Source of the DNA: Mobula hypostoma
Lineage: Eukaryota
Reading direction: 5' to 3'
Length of the DNA: 64,000 bases
NCBI RefSeq assembly: GCF_963921235.1
Contig: NC_086097.1
Span: 434,001-498,000, forward strand
Each line of letters begins with the position of its first letter. Positions within the stretch are counted from its first letter, which is position 1. This document shows positions 12,334 through 25,603 of the stretch, piece after piece. The notes below the pieces were generated by a model. That model was not told the origin of the DNA. It was given only the letters and a program-made list of their open reading frames with translations, and did not search any database. A program made the translations under genes and the position numbers.

Positions 12334-13790
12334 CAGGTTTCCCCCGCCATCCAAAGGTAGAGCATTCCTATGAAACAGTTCATAAGCCGGAATGTCGTAA
12401 AGCGAAGAAGCAATTACCATTTATTTATATGGGAAAAATTTGTGAGCGTTTGCAGACCCAAAAATAATCTACCAAATCATGCCAAATAACACATAAAACC
12501 TAAAATAACAGTAACATATAGTAAAGCAACACACATCAAAGTTGCTGGTGAATGCAGCAGGCCAGGCAGCATCTCCAGGAAGAGGTACAGTCGACGTTTC
12601 GGGCTGAGACCCTTCATTAAGACTAACTGAAAGAAGAGCTAGTAAGAGATTTGAAAATGGGAGGGGGAGGGCGAGGTCCAAAATGATAGGAGAAGACAGG
12701 AGGGGGGGGATGGAATCAAGAGCTGGACAGTTGATTGGCAAAAGGGGTATGAGAGGATCATGGGACAGGAGGCCTAGGGAGAAAGAAAAGGGGGAGGGGG
12801 GGAAAAACCCAGTGGATAGGCAAGGGGTATAGTGAGAGGGACAGAGACGCAATCGGCAATCACCTCTGATCTGGGCCGACATTTATGTGCCGGGCGGCAC
12901 CTAATTAATTAGCTTGTTTATTTCGGCTTTTTTCTTTAAAGACGTGCTGGATACCTCTGGGCTACCGCTGCATTCTTCACTAATTGGTATCTGTCCGCGG
13001 CCCGGAGGTCGGGACCACTGGGGTAGTGGGACATGGGGGTGTCATCTCATCGTCAATCAGGGCAGGCAGGTCATCTTCTATGCCTGCCTGCCTCGATGTC
13101 GAAGGTCAAAGTTCGTCGTCTGCTGTGGCTAATGTGGAAGGCTTGAAAAACGGCGGTATGCTTGACTGCTTAGCCCCGCTCATTTTTCTATCATACAGTT
13201 CTTTGTAAACCACCTTGCAAATATGCCCTAAACCAAAGTACCCTTTCAAAATTAAAGTCGTACTTTATCATTGCAGCGAAAATCTCACGCAGTTGCTTCA
13301 CGTTCATTTCCTGGACGACTTCACTTTCGGTCCGTTCGCTACTGCATTCGGTTTCGATTGTTATCCTTTCCTCTTCCAATTGCATCAGCTGTTCATCTAT
13401 CAGTTCTTGGTCATGAGATGCCAAAACCTCTTCAACATCATCTTCGTCAACTTCCACAAGCCAAACTCACTTTGTCCTTACTTCGTTCACCACGATCGAA
13501 ACGCTTAATTATGTCTAGTTTTACGCTAAGTGTAACACCCTTACGAGCTCTTTCAGGCTTTTCTGATAGCTTAGAACTCAGCTTGCAAACGGCTGCTCAC
13601 AGGCACGTGTTTAAGCAATGCCGGCGAGAATGCAGTTCCGAATCTGGGGGAGAGCGGCTGCTCGCGACGCGTGCTGTTTTTCTTCGCACGCTGCTTTTTT
13701 CGTAACAGTGAAAACACCTTCTGTTAGCGAAAACAGATAACTAATATAGGTCTTTTGTAAAGCGAACCTTCGAAAAGTGGGGAACACCTG
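12334..13790 (-). mobile_element. Internally deleted Tigger/pogo DNA transposon in the L1 3' UTR
   Basis: TA TSD and imperfect TIRs CAGGT...ACCTG. Minus strand gives the CENP-B-like N-terminus 'RKGVTLSVKLDIIKRFDRGE' close to an acidic tail 'EVDEDDVEEVLASHDQEL'. No DDE domain. Confidence 0.85.
12526..12846 (-). mobile_element. Penelope-like terminal fragment inside the Tigger element
   Basis: Near-identical to the PLE ends at 30420-30720 and 47080-47240. Hammerhead core is mutated (TTAATGA). Confidence 0.85.
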
Positions 13791-15139
13791 TATTTTTTTT
13801 CTTTTACTCTGTATTCTTATATGTAAGATTAATAATAAAAATATTGGAAAAAGGAAACATCCTCTCCACATCCACCCTATCTGGTTCTTTCAATATTCGA
13901 TAGGTTTCAATGAGATTCCCCCCACACCCTGTATTCTTCTAAATTGCAGTGAATACAGGCCCAAAGCTGCCAAATGCTCCTCATATGTTACCCCTTCATT
14001 CCCGGAATCATCCTTGTGAACCTCCTCTGGACTCTCTCCAATGCAACACATCCTTTCTGACATGCCCAGAACTGTTGACAATACTTCAAGTGCAGCCTGA
14101 CTAGTAGTGTCTTTTAAAGGCTCTGTATTATCTCCTTGCTTTTATTTTCTATTCCCCTTGAAATAATTGCCAACATTGCATTTGCCTTCTTTACCACAGA
14201 CTCAATTTGTAAATTAACCTTCTGGGAGTCTTGAACAAGGACTCCAAAGTTCCTCTGCTTCTCTAACGTTTGAACCTTCTCTGCATTTAGGTAATAGTCC
14301 ACACTATTGTTCCTTCTACCATAATACATTATCATAATTTCCCAACACTGTATTCCATCTGCTACTTTTTTGCCCATTCTTCCAATTTGTCTAAGTCCTG
14401 CTGCATTCACATTGTTTCCTGAGCATTACCTACACCTCCACCTATCTTTATATCATCTGTAAACTTTGCCACAAAGCCATCAATTCCATTATCGAACAAT
14501 GTGAAAGGTAGCGGTCCCAATACAGACCCCTGAGGACCCCTAGTCACTGGTAGCCAACTGGAAGAGGAACACTAATAGATTTGTCAGGCAAGATTTCCCT
14601 TTACAGAAATCATGCTGACTTTGACTTATTTTATCATTAGTGTACAAGTACTTCGAAACCTCGTCCTTGATAATAGATTCCAACACCTTCCCAACCATTG
14701 AGGTTAGGCTAACTGGCCTATAATTTCCCCTCCTTTTGCCTTCCTCCCTTCTTAAAGAGTGGAGTGACATTTGCAATTTTCCAGTCCTCTGGTACCATGC
14801 CAGAATTAAGTGACTCCTGAAAGATCATGACCAATGGATCCGTTATCTCCTCAGCAACTTCTATCAGGACTCTAGGATGTAGTCCATCTGGTTCAGGTGA
14901 CTTATCCAAGTTAAGAACTTTGAGCTTATCCAGCATTTTTTCCTTTGTAATAGCAATGGCACTCACTCCTGCTCCCTGACACTCACAGACCTCTGGCACC
15001 ACTGCTAGTGTCTTCCACAATGAAGACAGATGCAAAGTATGCATTAAGTTCATCTGCCATTTCTTTGTTCCCCATTACTACCTCACCAGCATCATCTTCC
15101 AGTGGTCCAATATCAACTCTCACCTCCCTTATACTCTTT

Positions 15140-18100
15140 GGAGAATGACCATGACAATTGGGTCTCTGGCACTGAGCCTGGTTCTGTGGTGCAGAAGGGA
15201 GAGAAGATGAGTAATGTGGTAGTCATAGGGGATTCCATAGTGAGAGGAACAGACAGGAGGTTCTGTCAGCCCGATAGAGATACACGCATGGTGTTTCCTC
15301 CCAGGTGCCAGGGTACAGGATGTCTTGGATCGAGTGCAGAGTATTCTGAAGGGGGAAGGTGACCAGCCAGAAGTCTTGGTATACGTTAGTACCAATGATA
15401 TAGGTAGAAAAAGAGAGGACGTCCTGAAGAGAGAATTCAGGGAGTTGGGTAGGAAGCTGAAAAGCAGGACCTACAGGGTAGTAATCTCAGGATTGCTGCC
15501 TGTACCACATGCTATCGAGCGCAAGAATAGCATGATCAGGCATATGAATGTGAGAAACTAGTGTAGGAGGCAGGGCTTTGGGTTCCTGGATCATTGGGGC
15601 ATCTTCTGGGGAAGGTATGACCCATACAAAAAGGACAGGTTACACCTGAACCCAAAGGGGTCCAATATCCTAGCAGGCAGGTTTAATAGAGTTGTTAGGG
15701 AGGGTTTAAGCTAATTTGGTAGGGGGATGGGAACCAGAGTGATAGGGCTGAAGAGGGGGAAAACAGAAATAAATCAAAGATAGTGTGCAACAGAGATGAT
15801 AGAAGGGACAGGTAGGAGTTGAGACATAATCAAAGCTAGTGGGATGAGTTACAAGGCAATAGAGGCATGGTGCAGTTAAAACAGAAAGCAGCAAATACTG
15901 AGCTGAAAGTGTTGTATTTGAATGCACACAGCATAAGAAATAAAATGGACGATCTCGAATTCAGATTGGCAAGTATGACGTTGTGGCCATCTCTGAAATT
16001 TGGCTAAAGGATGGCTGCCATTGGGAGTTGAATGCCCAAGGATATACGGTGTATCAGAAAGATAGGTTAGTAGGCAGAGGGGGTTGTGTGGCCCTGTGTA
16101 TAAGAAATAATATTAAATCATTAGAAAGGGATAACATGGGATTGCAAGGTGTAGAGTCTCAATGGGTTGAGTTAAGAAATGGCAAAGGTAAAAGGACCCA
16201 AATGGCAGTTGTATACAAGCCTCCAAACAGCAGCCAGGATGTGGATTGCAAATTACATCAGGAGACAGAAAAGGCATATCAGAAGGGCAATGTCATGATA
16301 ATCATTGGGGATTTTAACATGAAAGTGGATTGGGAAAACCAGGCCAGTACTGGACCTCAAGAGAGAGAATTTGTAGAATATATAAGGGCTGGCTTTTTAG
16401 TACAGCTTGTTGTTGAGCCCACTAGGGGATCGGCTGTGCTGGATTGGGTGTTGTGCAATGATCCAGAGGTTATAAAAGAGCTTAAATTAAGGAACCCTTC
16501 GGGTACAGTGATCACAATATGATGGAGTTCACTTTGAAATTTGAGGAGAATCTAAATACCAATGTGTCAGTATTTCAGTGGAATAAAGGAAATTACAATG
16601 GCATGAGAGGGAAACTGGCCAAACTTGACTGGAAAGGTATAATAGCAGAGCAGCAATGGCTGGAGTTTCTGCGAAAAATGAGGGAAGTGCAAGATAGATA
16701 TATTCCAAATAAGAAGAAATTTTTGAATGGAAGAAGGACACTACCATGGCTGACAAGTGAAGTCAGAGCCAAATTAAAAGCAAAAGAGAGGGCATACAAG
16801 GAAGCCAAAGCTAGTGGGAGGATGGGATTAGGAAGCTTTTAAAAACTTGCAGAAGGAAGCCAAGAAGGTCATTAGGAAGGAAAAGATGAATTATGAAAGG
16901 AAGCTAGTGACTAATACCAAAGAAGATACTGAAAGCTTTTTTAAAATAGATTAAATTAAATTACGAGGCCTCTCAGTCCTCATTTATTGTCATTTAGAAA
17001 TGCATGCATTAAGAAATGATACAATGTTCCTCCAGTATGATATCACAGAAACACAGGACAGACCAAGACTAAAACTGACAAAAACCACATAATTATAACA
17101 TATAGTTACAACAGTGCAAAGCAATACCGTAATTTGATAAACAGCAGGCCATGGGCACGGAAAAAAAAAAGTCTCAAAGTCCCGATAGCCCATCATCTCA
17201 TGCAGACAGTAGAAGGGAGAAACTCTCCCTGCCATGAACCTCCAGCGCCGCAAACTTGCTGATGCAGCACCCTGGAAGCACCCGACCACAGCCAACTCTG
17301 AGTCTGTCCGAAAACTTCGAGCCTCCAACCAGCCCTCCAACACCGAGCACCATCTTTGCCAAGCGCTTCGACCCCACCCCGGCCACCGAGCAACAAGCAA
17401 AGCGGAGGACTCGGGGCCTTCCCCTCCAGAGATTCTGGATCACACAGTAGCAGCAGCAGCGGCAGCGAAACAGGCATTTCAGAAGTTTCACCAGATGTTC
17501 CTCTGTGCTCTCACATCTGCCTCCATCAAATCAAGATTGTGCACGGCATCCTACTTGACAGATAACAGATATTCATCACCGGAGAGGCTGCTGCACGCTG
17601 CATCACGCCACCATCTTCTCCTGTCCTCTATAAAGGGTAAAAGAGATTTGAGGGTAGATATAGGAACAGTAGAAAATGACGCTGGAGATATTGTAATGAG
17701 AGCCGCAGAGCTGGCAGATGAACTGAATGCATATTTTGCATCAGTCTTCACAGTGGAAGATATCTGCAGTATTCCGGACATTCAAGAGTGTCAGGGAATT
17801 GAAGTATGTGCAGTGAAAATTACGACTGAGAAGGTCTGACCTGAGAAGGACGACTTAGTGGTCTGAGAGTGGATAAATCTCCTGGACCTGATGGAATGCA
17901 CCCTCAGGTTCTGAAGTAAGTAGATGGAGAGATTGCGGAGGCATTAACAATGATGGTTCAAGAATCAATAGATTCTGGCATTGTACGGGATGACTGGAAA
18001 ACTGCAAATGTTACTCCGCTATTTAAGAAGGGAGGCAGCAGAAAGGAAACTATAGATCTGTTAGTCTGATATCAGTGGTTGGGAAGTTGTTGGAATCGAA

Positions 18101-19160
18101 TGTTAGGGATGAGATTACAGAATACCTGGAGGCACATGACAGGATCAGCCAAAGCCAGCATGTTTTCCTAAAAGGAAAATCCTGCCTGACTAACATACTG
18201 CAATTTTTTGAGGAAATTACAAGCAGGGTAGACAAAGGAGACGTAGTAGATGCGGTGTATTTGATTTTCAGAAGGCTTTGACAAGGTGCTGCACGTGAGG
18301 CTGTTTAGCAAGATAAGATCCCATGGAATTACAGGGAAGTTACTAGCGTGGGTGGAGCATTGGCTGATCGGCAGAAAACAGAGAATGGGAATAAAGGGAT
18401 CCTATTCTGGCTGGCTGCCCGTTACCAGTGGAGTTCTACGGGAATCGGTGTTGGGAGTCCTTGTGCAAGATACCCTAAAGGTTAACCCCCAGGTTGACTT
18501 GGTGGTGAAGAAAGCGAATGTAATGTTGGCATTCATTTCTCGAGGTATAGAATATAACAGCAGGGATGTGATGTTGAGGCTCTATGAGGCACTCATGTGA
18601 CCACAGTATAGTGTGAAGTTTTTGGCTCCTTATTTTAGAAAGGATATACTGACATTGGAGAGGGTTCAGAGAAGATTTACGAGAATGATTCCAAGAATGA
18701 AAGGGTTACCGTATGAAGAATATCTGGAAGCTCTTGGGCTGTATTCCCTGGAGTTCAGGAGAAGGAGAACGAGGGGGGATCTCATAGAAACATTCTGAAT
18801 GTTAAAATGCCTGAACAGATTAAATATGGCAAAGTTATTTCCCGTGGTAGGGGAGTTGAAGACAAGAGGGCATGACTTCAGGACTGAAGGACGCCCATTT
18901 GGAACAGAGATGTGGAGAAATTACTTTAGTCAGAGTGTGGTAAATCTGTGGAATATGTTGCCACGAGCGGCTGTGGAGGCCAAGTCATTGGGCGCATTTA
19001 AGGCAGAGATAGATAGGTTCTTGATTAGCCAGGGCATCAAAGAGTATGGGGAGAAGGCAGGGGAGTGGGGATGACGGGAAGAATTGGATCAGCCCATGAT
19101 TGAATGGTGGAGCCAACTCGGGTCGAATGGCCTACTTCTGCTCCTATATCTTATGGTCTT
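15140..19160 (+). mobile_element. CR1 LINE (esterase ORF1 remnant plus EN-RT ORF2), degenerate
   Basis: 'VVVIGDSIVRGTDRRFC' (SGNH), 'VYKPPNS', 'IGDFN' and RT fragments. Ends in a cttatggtctta tail. Confidence 0.88.
16947..17628 (-). mobile_element. Short non-autonomous retroelement inserted in CR1
   Basis: Interrupts the host CR1 between 'aaagcttttttaa' and 'tataaagggtaaaag'. Minus strand begins AGAAGATGGTGGCG and ends with AATAAA plus a (TTTAA)-like tail. No recognisable coding content. Confidence 0.65.
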
Positions 19161-19772
19161 ACATAACTGAAAAACTTTTGGTATCCTGCTTATATTACTG
19201 GCTAGGCTGCCCTCATATTTAATCTTTTCCCCTCTTATAGCTCTTTTAGTTGCCTTATACTATGATCCTCCTAATATCTCTTACTTGTCTGGATTAAACT
19301 TCATTTTATTCTTTCTGTGCCCATATTTCCAACTGGTCAATATCATGTGTATTCTTTCACCCTTCTTCACTCCACATTGCACCAACTTTGGAGTTGTCTG
19401 CAAACTTACTAATCAGACCATCTGCATTTTCATCCAAATAATTTTTATATATCACAGTCAGGATATGATGCAGGGTTTTGACTTGATTTTGACAGTTCCT
19501 CTTCCCCAGGGATGCTGAGTTCCTCCAATGGTTTGTATTTTAATCTGTACAGAGAGACAGATTTGGGATGTAAATAATTCAGACAATTAACACAGAAGAG
19601 ACACAAAGTACCTGATGTGTGTGAGCATAAAAGTTCTGCTGAGGGAGGCGCATCATGTGGCGTGATATCAGGCACTTTGCTCCCCAAAGGGCCAGCACAG
19701 ATTCATATCACATCAGGAGGAGAATGTTTGTATGGTGTTTCAGAAATGACTGGCCGTTGTTTTGTTTTGCAG

Positions 19773-19913
19773 AGCGCTGTTACATTATTCTGCGTGCAGC
19801 CAGGCACGTGTTGCTGGGTTGGATCCTGCATTATTTACCATTCTACCTGATGGGCCGAATTCTCTACTATCATCACTACTTCCCGGCAATGCTCTTTAGC
19901 AGCATGTTAACAG
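19773..19913 (+). CDS. POMT2: POMT2 internal coding exon (3rd from last), 141 bp
   Basis: Acceptor ttgttttgttttgcAG, donor CAG|GTgtgt. Encodes (E)[46 protein letters not shown], the PMT-family 'GW.LHY.PF.LMGR.LY.HHYFPA' signature. Confidence 0.97.
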
Positions 19914-19971
19914 GTGTGTAAAATCCTTTATCCTTTCAGCATTAGACCATAAGATAGAGGAGCAAAATTGA

Positions 19972-20903
19972 CAATAGACAATAGGTGCAGGAGTAGTCCA
20001 TTCAACCCTTCGAGCCAGCACCGCCATTCACTGTGATCATGGCTGATCATCCACAATCAGTATCCAGTTGCTGCCTTATCCCCATAACCTTTGATTCCGC
20101 TATCTTTAAGAGCTCTATCCATCTCTTTCTTGAAAGCATCCAGAGACTTGTCCTCCACAGCCTTCTGGGGCAGAGCATTCCATATATCCACCACTCTCTG
20201 GGTGAAAAAGTTTTTCCTCAACTCCATTCTAAATGGCCTACCCCTAATTCTTAAACTGTGGCCTCTGGTTCTGGACTCACCCATCAGCGGGAACATGCTT
20301 CCTGCCTCCAGCGTGTCCAATCCCTTAATAATCTTATATGTTTCAATAAGGTCCCCTCTCAGCCTTCTAAATTCCAGAGTATACAAGCCCAGTCGCTCCA
20401 ATCTTTCGACATATGACAGTCCCGCCATCCCGGGAATTAACCTTGTGAACCTACGCTGCACTCTCTCAATAGCAAGAATGTCCTTCCTCAAATTTGGAGA
20501 CCAAAACTGCACACAGTACTCCAGGTGTGGTCTCACCAGGGCCCTGTACAGCTGCAGAAGGATTCTCTTTGCTCTTAGACTCAATTCCCCTTGTTATGAA
20601 GGCCAGTATGCCGTTAGCTTTCTTCACAGCCTGCTGTACTTGCATGCTTGCTTTCAGTGACTGATGTACAAGAACACCTAGATCTCATTTTACTTCCCCT
20701 TTTCCTAACTTGACTCCATTTAGATAATAATCTGCCTTCCTGTTCTTACCACCAAAGTGGATAACCTCATAGTTATCCACATTAAACTGCATCTGCCATG
20801 CATCTGCCCACTCACCCAGCCTGTCCAAGTCACCCTGCATTCTCATAACATCCTCCTCACATTTCACACTGCCACCCAGCGTTGTGTCATCGGCAAATTT
20901 GCT
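19972..20903 (-). mobile_element. CR1 3' fragment
   Basis: 'LYRALVRPHLEYCVQFWSP...LGLYTLEFRRLRGDLIE'. Confidence 0.9.
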
Positions 20904-21374
20904 AGTGTATTGAATGTTGGAGTATTCTATTAATAGGATTGTAGAACTGGTGCAATAGGATTGATTGTGCAGCCCGACAAATAATCATGTCTGAATTTTT
21001 CTCAATCTCATTCTTTGGCCTTCCTCCCGCATTTGACGGTAGTAATGAGAAGAGGGCATGTCCCTGTTGGTGAGAGTCCTTCAAGACGGAACCCTCTGCG
21101 GCATAGGGCGATCTTTATTTGCTCTTATTTCTCATATCATTACTATTGTTTTCCTTATTTCTTGTCCAGTGGTGAAAATGTCTTTGGAAATGCCAAAGAT
21201 GTGCAATTAATGTAAAAAGCTACAATTGAGTTCATGTTTCTATTCTGTTCAAGATTGATCCAGTAAATTAATCATTAGTCTAAATTCCAGCTTCACAAAG
21301 TTCACATCAGTTCAATTTTTCAGTCATCAAATGCCAAATTAAGTTATTGTTTAAAAAAATGCAACACTTTTCCC

Positions 21375-21522
21375 ACTCACAAAATGCTGAAGGAACACTG
21401 CGGGTCAAGCAGCATCTATGGAAATGAATAAACAATCAACATTTTGAGCCAAAACACTGAGTTCTTTCGACATTTTGTGTATGTTGCTCTAGTTTTCCAG
21501 CATCTGCAGAACCTCTTGTGTT
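21375..21522. mobile_element. Old Penelope-like inverted termini remnant just upstream of a POMT2 exon
   Basis: cacaaaatgctg...cattttgtgt...ccagcatctgcagaa, similar to the other PLE ends. Confidence 0.65.
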
Positions 21523-21550
21523 TATATTTTCATATTTATTTCTTTTTCAG

Positions 21551-21662
21551 CAATTACCTGGCATGTTCTGCTGCAAAGTTCTGACCTCTTCTTAAGCCAT
21601 CAGGTAGCCCGAAGAGTTTACACTGGTGGGGTTATATGCTTGATTTTTGCCTGTATGTACAG
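21551..21662 (+). CDS. POMT2: POMT2 penultimate coding exon, 112 bp
   Basis: Acceptor ttctttttcAG, donor CAG|GTaggc. Phase 1 in, phase 2 out. Encodes (A)ITWHVLLQSSDLFLSHQVARRVYTGGVICLIFACMY(S), joining the flanking exons without a frameshift. Confidence 0.9.
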
Positions 21663-21882
21663 GTAGGCATGTCTCTTAAAAAAAAATGGGATTGATTCAC
21701 AGTTCTACCTATGAAAACAAGTTTTGTTCATTCTAACAATCTCATGTTGACTTCATTTACTCACCTGCAGCATCATTTGGAGAAGATAACTTCTACAAAG
21801 TGTTTCCAATCCTTTTCTTGACTTTACCTTTCTCATTTGGATTCCCACTTCATCTGAGCAGATAGATGGAGGGTCAGGTAGC

Positions 21883-24800
21883 TAGACCATAGACCAGAGA
21901 CATGGGAGCCATTCAGCCCGTCGAGTCTGCTCCGCCATTCCATCATGGCTGATCCCAATCCCACCCAACTGATCAGGAAATGATCAACTTCTGCCTTAAG
22001 TATACCCAAGGACTTGGACTCCACCACTGTCTGTGGCAGAGCATTCCACAGATTCACTACTCTCTGGCTAAAAAAATTCCACCTCACCTGTGTTCTAAAA
22101 GGTCGCTCTTCAGTTTTGAGGTTGTGCCTTCTAGTTCTGGATACCCCCACCAGAGGAAATGTCCTTCCCACACCCACCCTATCTAGTCCTGTCAACATGC
22201 AGTGGGTTTCAATGAGACACCCCCCCCCGCATCTTCTAAATTCCCGTGAGTGCAGGCCCAAAGCTGCCAAGAGCTCCTCGTATGTTAACCCCATCATTTC
22301 CAGAATAAGACCATAAGACTTGGGAGCAGAATTAGGCCATTTGGCCCATCAAGTCTGGTCTGCCATTCAGTCACGGCTGATCCTTTTCTCCCTCCTCAAC
22401 CCCATTCCCCAGCCTTCTCCCCGTAACCTTTGATGCTGTGTCAAATCAACAGCCTATCATCCCTTCTTTAAATAAACCTAATGACCTGGCCTCCACGGCT
22501 GCATGTGGTAACAAATTCCACAAATTCACCACTTTCTGGCTAAAGAAACCTCTGTTTTAAATGGTCGCCCCTCTATCCTGAGGCTGTGCCCTCTTGTCCT
22601 AGACTCCCCCCCCCACTCTGGGAAATATCCTTTCCACATCTACACTGTCTAGGCCGTTCAACATTTAAAAGTTTTCAATGACATTTCCCCCCTCATCCTT
22701 CTAAATTTCAGTGAGTACAGACCCAGAGCCATCAAACATTCCTCATATGATAACCCTTTCAATCCCAGAATCATCCTTGTGAAACTCCTCTGGACCGTCT
22801 CCAATGCCAGCACATTTTTTCTTACATGAGGAGCCCAAAGCTGTTCACGATACCCAAGGTGAGGTCTCACCAATGCCTTATATGCCTCAGCATCACGTCC
22901 CTGCTCTTGTGTTCTAGACCCCTTGAAATAAATGCTATCATTGCATATGCCTTTCTCACCAATGACTCAACTTGCAAGTTAACCTTTAGGGTGTTCTGCA
23001 CAAGGATTCCCATATCCCTTTGCATCTCAGATTTCTGGGGTTTCTTCCCATTTAGAAAATAGTCTGCACATTTATTTCTACCAGCAAAATGCATGACCAT
23101 GCATTTTCAAACATTGTCTTTCATTTGCCACTCTTTTGCCTATTCTTCTAATCTGTCTAAGTCCTTCTACAGCCTACCTGTCTCCTGAAAACTGTCTGCT
23201 CCTCCACCAATCTTCATATCATCTGCAAACTTGGCAACAAAGCATCTATTCCATCATCTAAATCATTGATAATATAGTAAAAAGACAAGTCATCCCAACA
23301 GCAACCCATGTGGAACACCACCAGTCACTGGCAGAATCATGAGGAATAATCCTCGTGCACCTCCTCTGGCCTTTCTCCAATGACAACACATCCTTTCTGA
23401 GATATGGGCCCCAAAACTGTTGATAATACTCCAACTGCAGCCTGACCAGTGTCTTATAAAGCCTCAGCATTATTTCCTTGTTTATATATTCTATTCCCCT
23501 TGAAATAAATGCCAACATTGCATGTGCCATCCTTACCACAGACTCAGCCTGTGGGAACCTTCTGGAGATTTTCATAGAAAATAGGTGCAGGAGTAGGCCA
23601 TTCGGCCTACTGCACAAAGGCTTCTAAGTCCTCCTGCACCTCTGATGTTTGAACCTTCTCTCCATTTAGAAAATAGTCTCCACTATTGTTCCTTTTACCA
23701 AAATATATTATACATTTCCCAACGCTGTATTCCATCTGCCCCTTTTTGCCCATTCTTCCAATTTGTCTAAATCCTGCTGCAATCACATTGTTTCCTCTGC
23801 ATGACCTACCCCTCCACCTATCTTCATATCATCCTCACGCTTTACCACAAAACCATCAATTCTATTATCGAAATCAGAGACAAACAATGTGAAAATTAGT
23901 AGTTCCAATACCGAACCCTGAAGAACACCAGGAGTCACCAGCAGCCAACCAGAAAAGGCCCCCTTTATTCCCACTCACTGCTTCCTGCCTGTCAGGCATT
24001 CCTCTGTCCATACCAGTATCTTTCTTGTAACCATGCGATTTTATCTTGTTAAGCATCCTCGTGTGGCACCTTATCAAATGCTATCTGAAAATCCAAGTCA
24101 ACGAGATCCACTACCTCTCCTTTGTCTAGCCTACTTGTTACTTCCTGAAAGAACTCCAACATATCGGTCAGGCAAGATTTCTCTTGACAGGAACCATAAG
24201 ACATAGGAGGAGAATGAGACCATTTGGCCCATCACGTCTGCTCCGCCATTCAATCGTGGCTGATCCTTTTTTTAAATCTCCTCCTCAACCCCAGTTCCTG
24301 ACCTTCTCCCCGTAACCTTTGATGCCATGTCCAATCAAGAACCTATCAATCTCTGCCTTAAGTACACCCAACAGCTCAACAGCTCCACAGCTGCATGTGG
24401 CAACAAATTTCACAAATTCACTGCCCTCTGGCAAAAGAAATTTCTGCACATCTCTGTTTTGAATGAACATCCCTGTATCCTGAGGCTGTGCCCTCTTGTC
24501 CTAGACTCTCCCACCATGGGAAATATTCTTTCCACATCTACTCTGTCTAGGTCTTTCAACGTTCGAAAGGTTTCAAAGAGATCCCCACTCAACCATCTAA
24601 ATTTCGGCGAGTACAGACCCAGAGCCATCAAACATTCCTCATATGGTAACCCCTGCATTTCTGGAATCATCCTTGTGAACCTCCTTTGAACCCTCTCCAA
24701 TGCTAGCACATCTTTTCTAAGATGAAGAGTCCAAAACTGTTCACAATACTCAAAGTAAGGCCTCAACAGTGCCTTACAGAGCCTCAGCTTCACATCCTTG

Positions 24801-25603
24801 CTCTTGTATTCTAGACCTTTTGAAATAAATGCTAACATGGCATTTGCCTTCCTCATCACTGACTCGACCTGCAAGTTAATCTTTAGGGTGTTCCAACCAT
24901 GCTGATATTGACTTATGGGTGTACAAAGGAGAGACAGTGGATGTTATTTACTTGGATTTTCGGAAGACATTTGTTAAGGTGCCACACACGAGGCTGCTTA
25001 ACAAGATAAGATCCTGTGGCGTTCAAGGAAAGATATTGGCATTGATAGTGGAAAGCCTGACAGACAGGAGGCAGTGAATGGGTGCTGGTGACGAGTAGTG
25101 TTCCTCAGGGGCCAGTATGGCCATCGCTACTTTTCACATTGTTTGGCATTGATTTAGATAATGGAATTGATGGCTTTGTGGCAAACTTTGCGGATGATAC
25201 GAAGATAGGTGGAGGGATAGGAAGTATGGAGGAAACAATGCGATTGCAGCAGGGTTTAGACAATTTGGAAAAATGGGCAAAAAAGTGGCAGATTGAATGT
25301 AGCATTGGGAAATGTATGATAATACATTTTAGTGAAAGGAACAACAGTGTGGAATATTACCTAATTGGGGAGAAGATTCAAACATCAGAGGTGCAGGAGT
25401 CTTCTTACAAGACTCTTAAGTTCCTCTGCACCTCTGATGTTCGAAGGTTAATATAAAGGTTCAGTCTGTGGTAAAGAAAGCAAATGCAATCCTGGCATTT
25501 ATTTCAATGGAACAGAATATAAAAGCAGGGAGATAATTCTGAGACTTCATAAGACACCAGTCAGGCTGCACTTGGAGTATTGTCAACAGTTTTGGGCCCC
25601 ATA
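21883..25603 (-). mobile_element. Stack of nested CR1 fragments (mostly minus strand; plus strand from about 24900)
   Basis: Repeated RT C-terminal peptides and at least three separate CR1 3' tails (about 21885, 22308, 24194). Confidence 0.85.

Larger units (their letters stand above)
6859..13851 (+). mobile_element. Full-length, mutated L1-clade LINE
   Basis: 13-bp TSD aggaa(g/a)catcctc at 6846-6858 and 13852-13864. Contains ORF1, ORF2 and an A-rich 3' end with AATAAA. Confidence 0.92.
6558..15135 (-). mobile_element. CR1 LINE fragment(s) hosting the L1 insertion (CR1 parts 6558-6858 and 13852-15135)
   Basis: Minus-strand RT peptides '[18 protein letters not shown]' and 'LGLYSLQFRRIQG'. 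Sequence is continuous across the L1 TSD. Confidence 0.85.

Noticed and set aside
17198..17839. Several overlapping ORFs, up to 201 aa
   Set aside because: Open frames in a GC-rich repeat; the longest simply reads through into CR1 ORF2.
20091..20660. Recurrent antisense ORFs of the type 'FHRFTTLCVKKFFL'
   Set aside because: Shadow frames of CR1 ORF2, repeated only because the CR1 is repeated.
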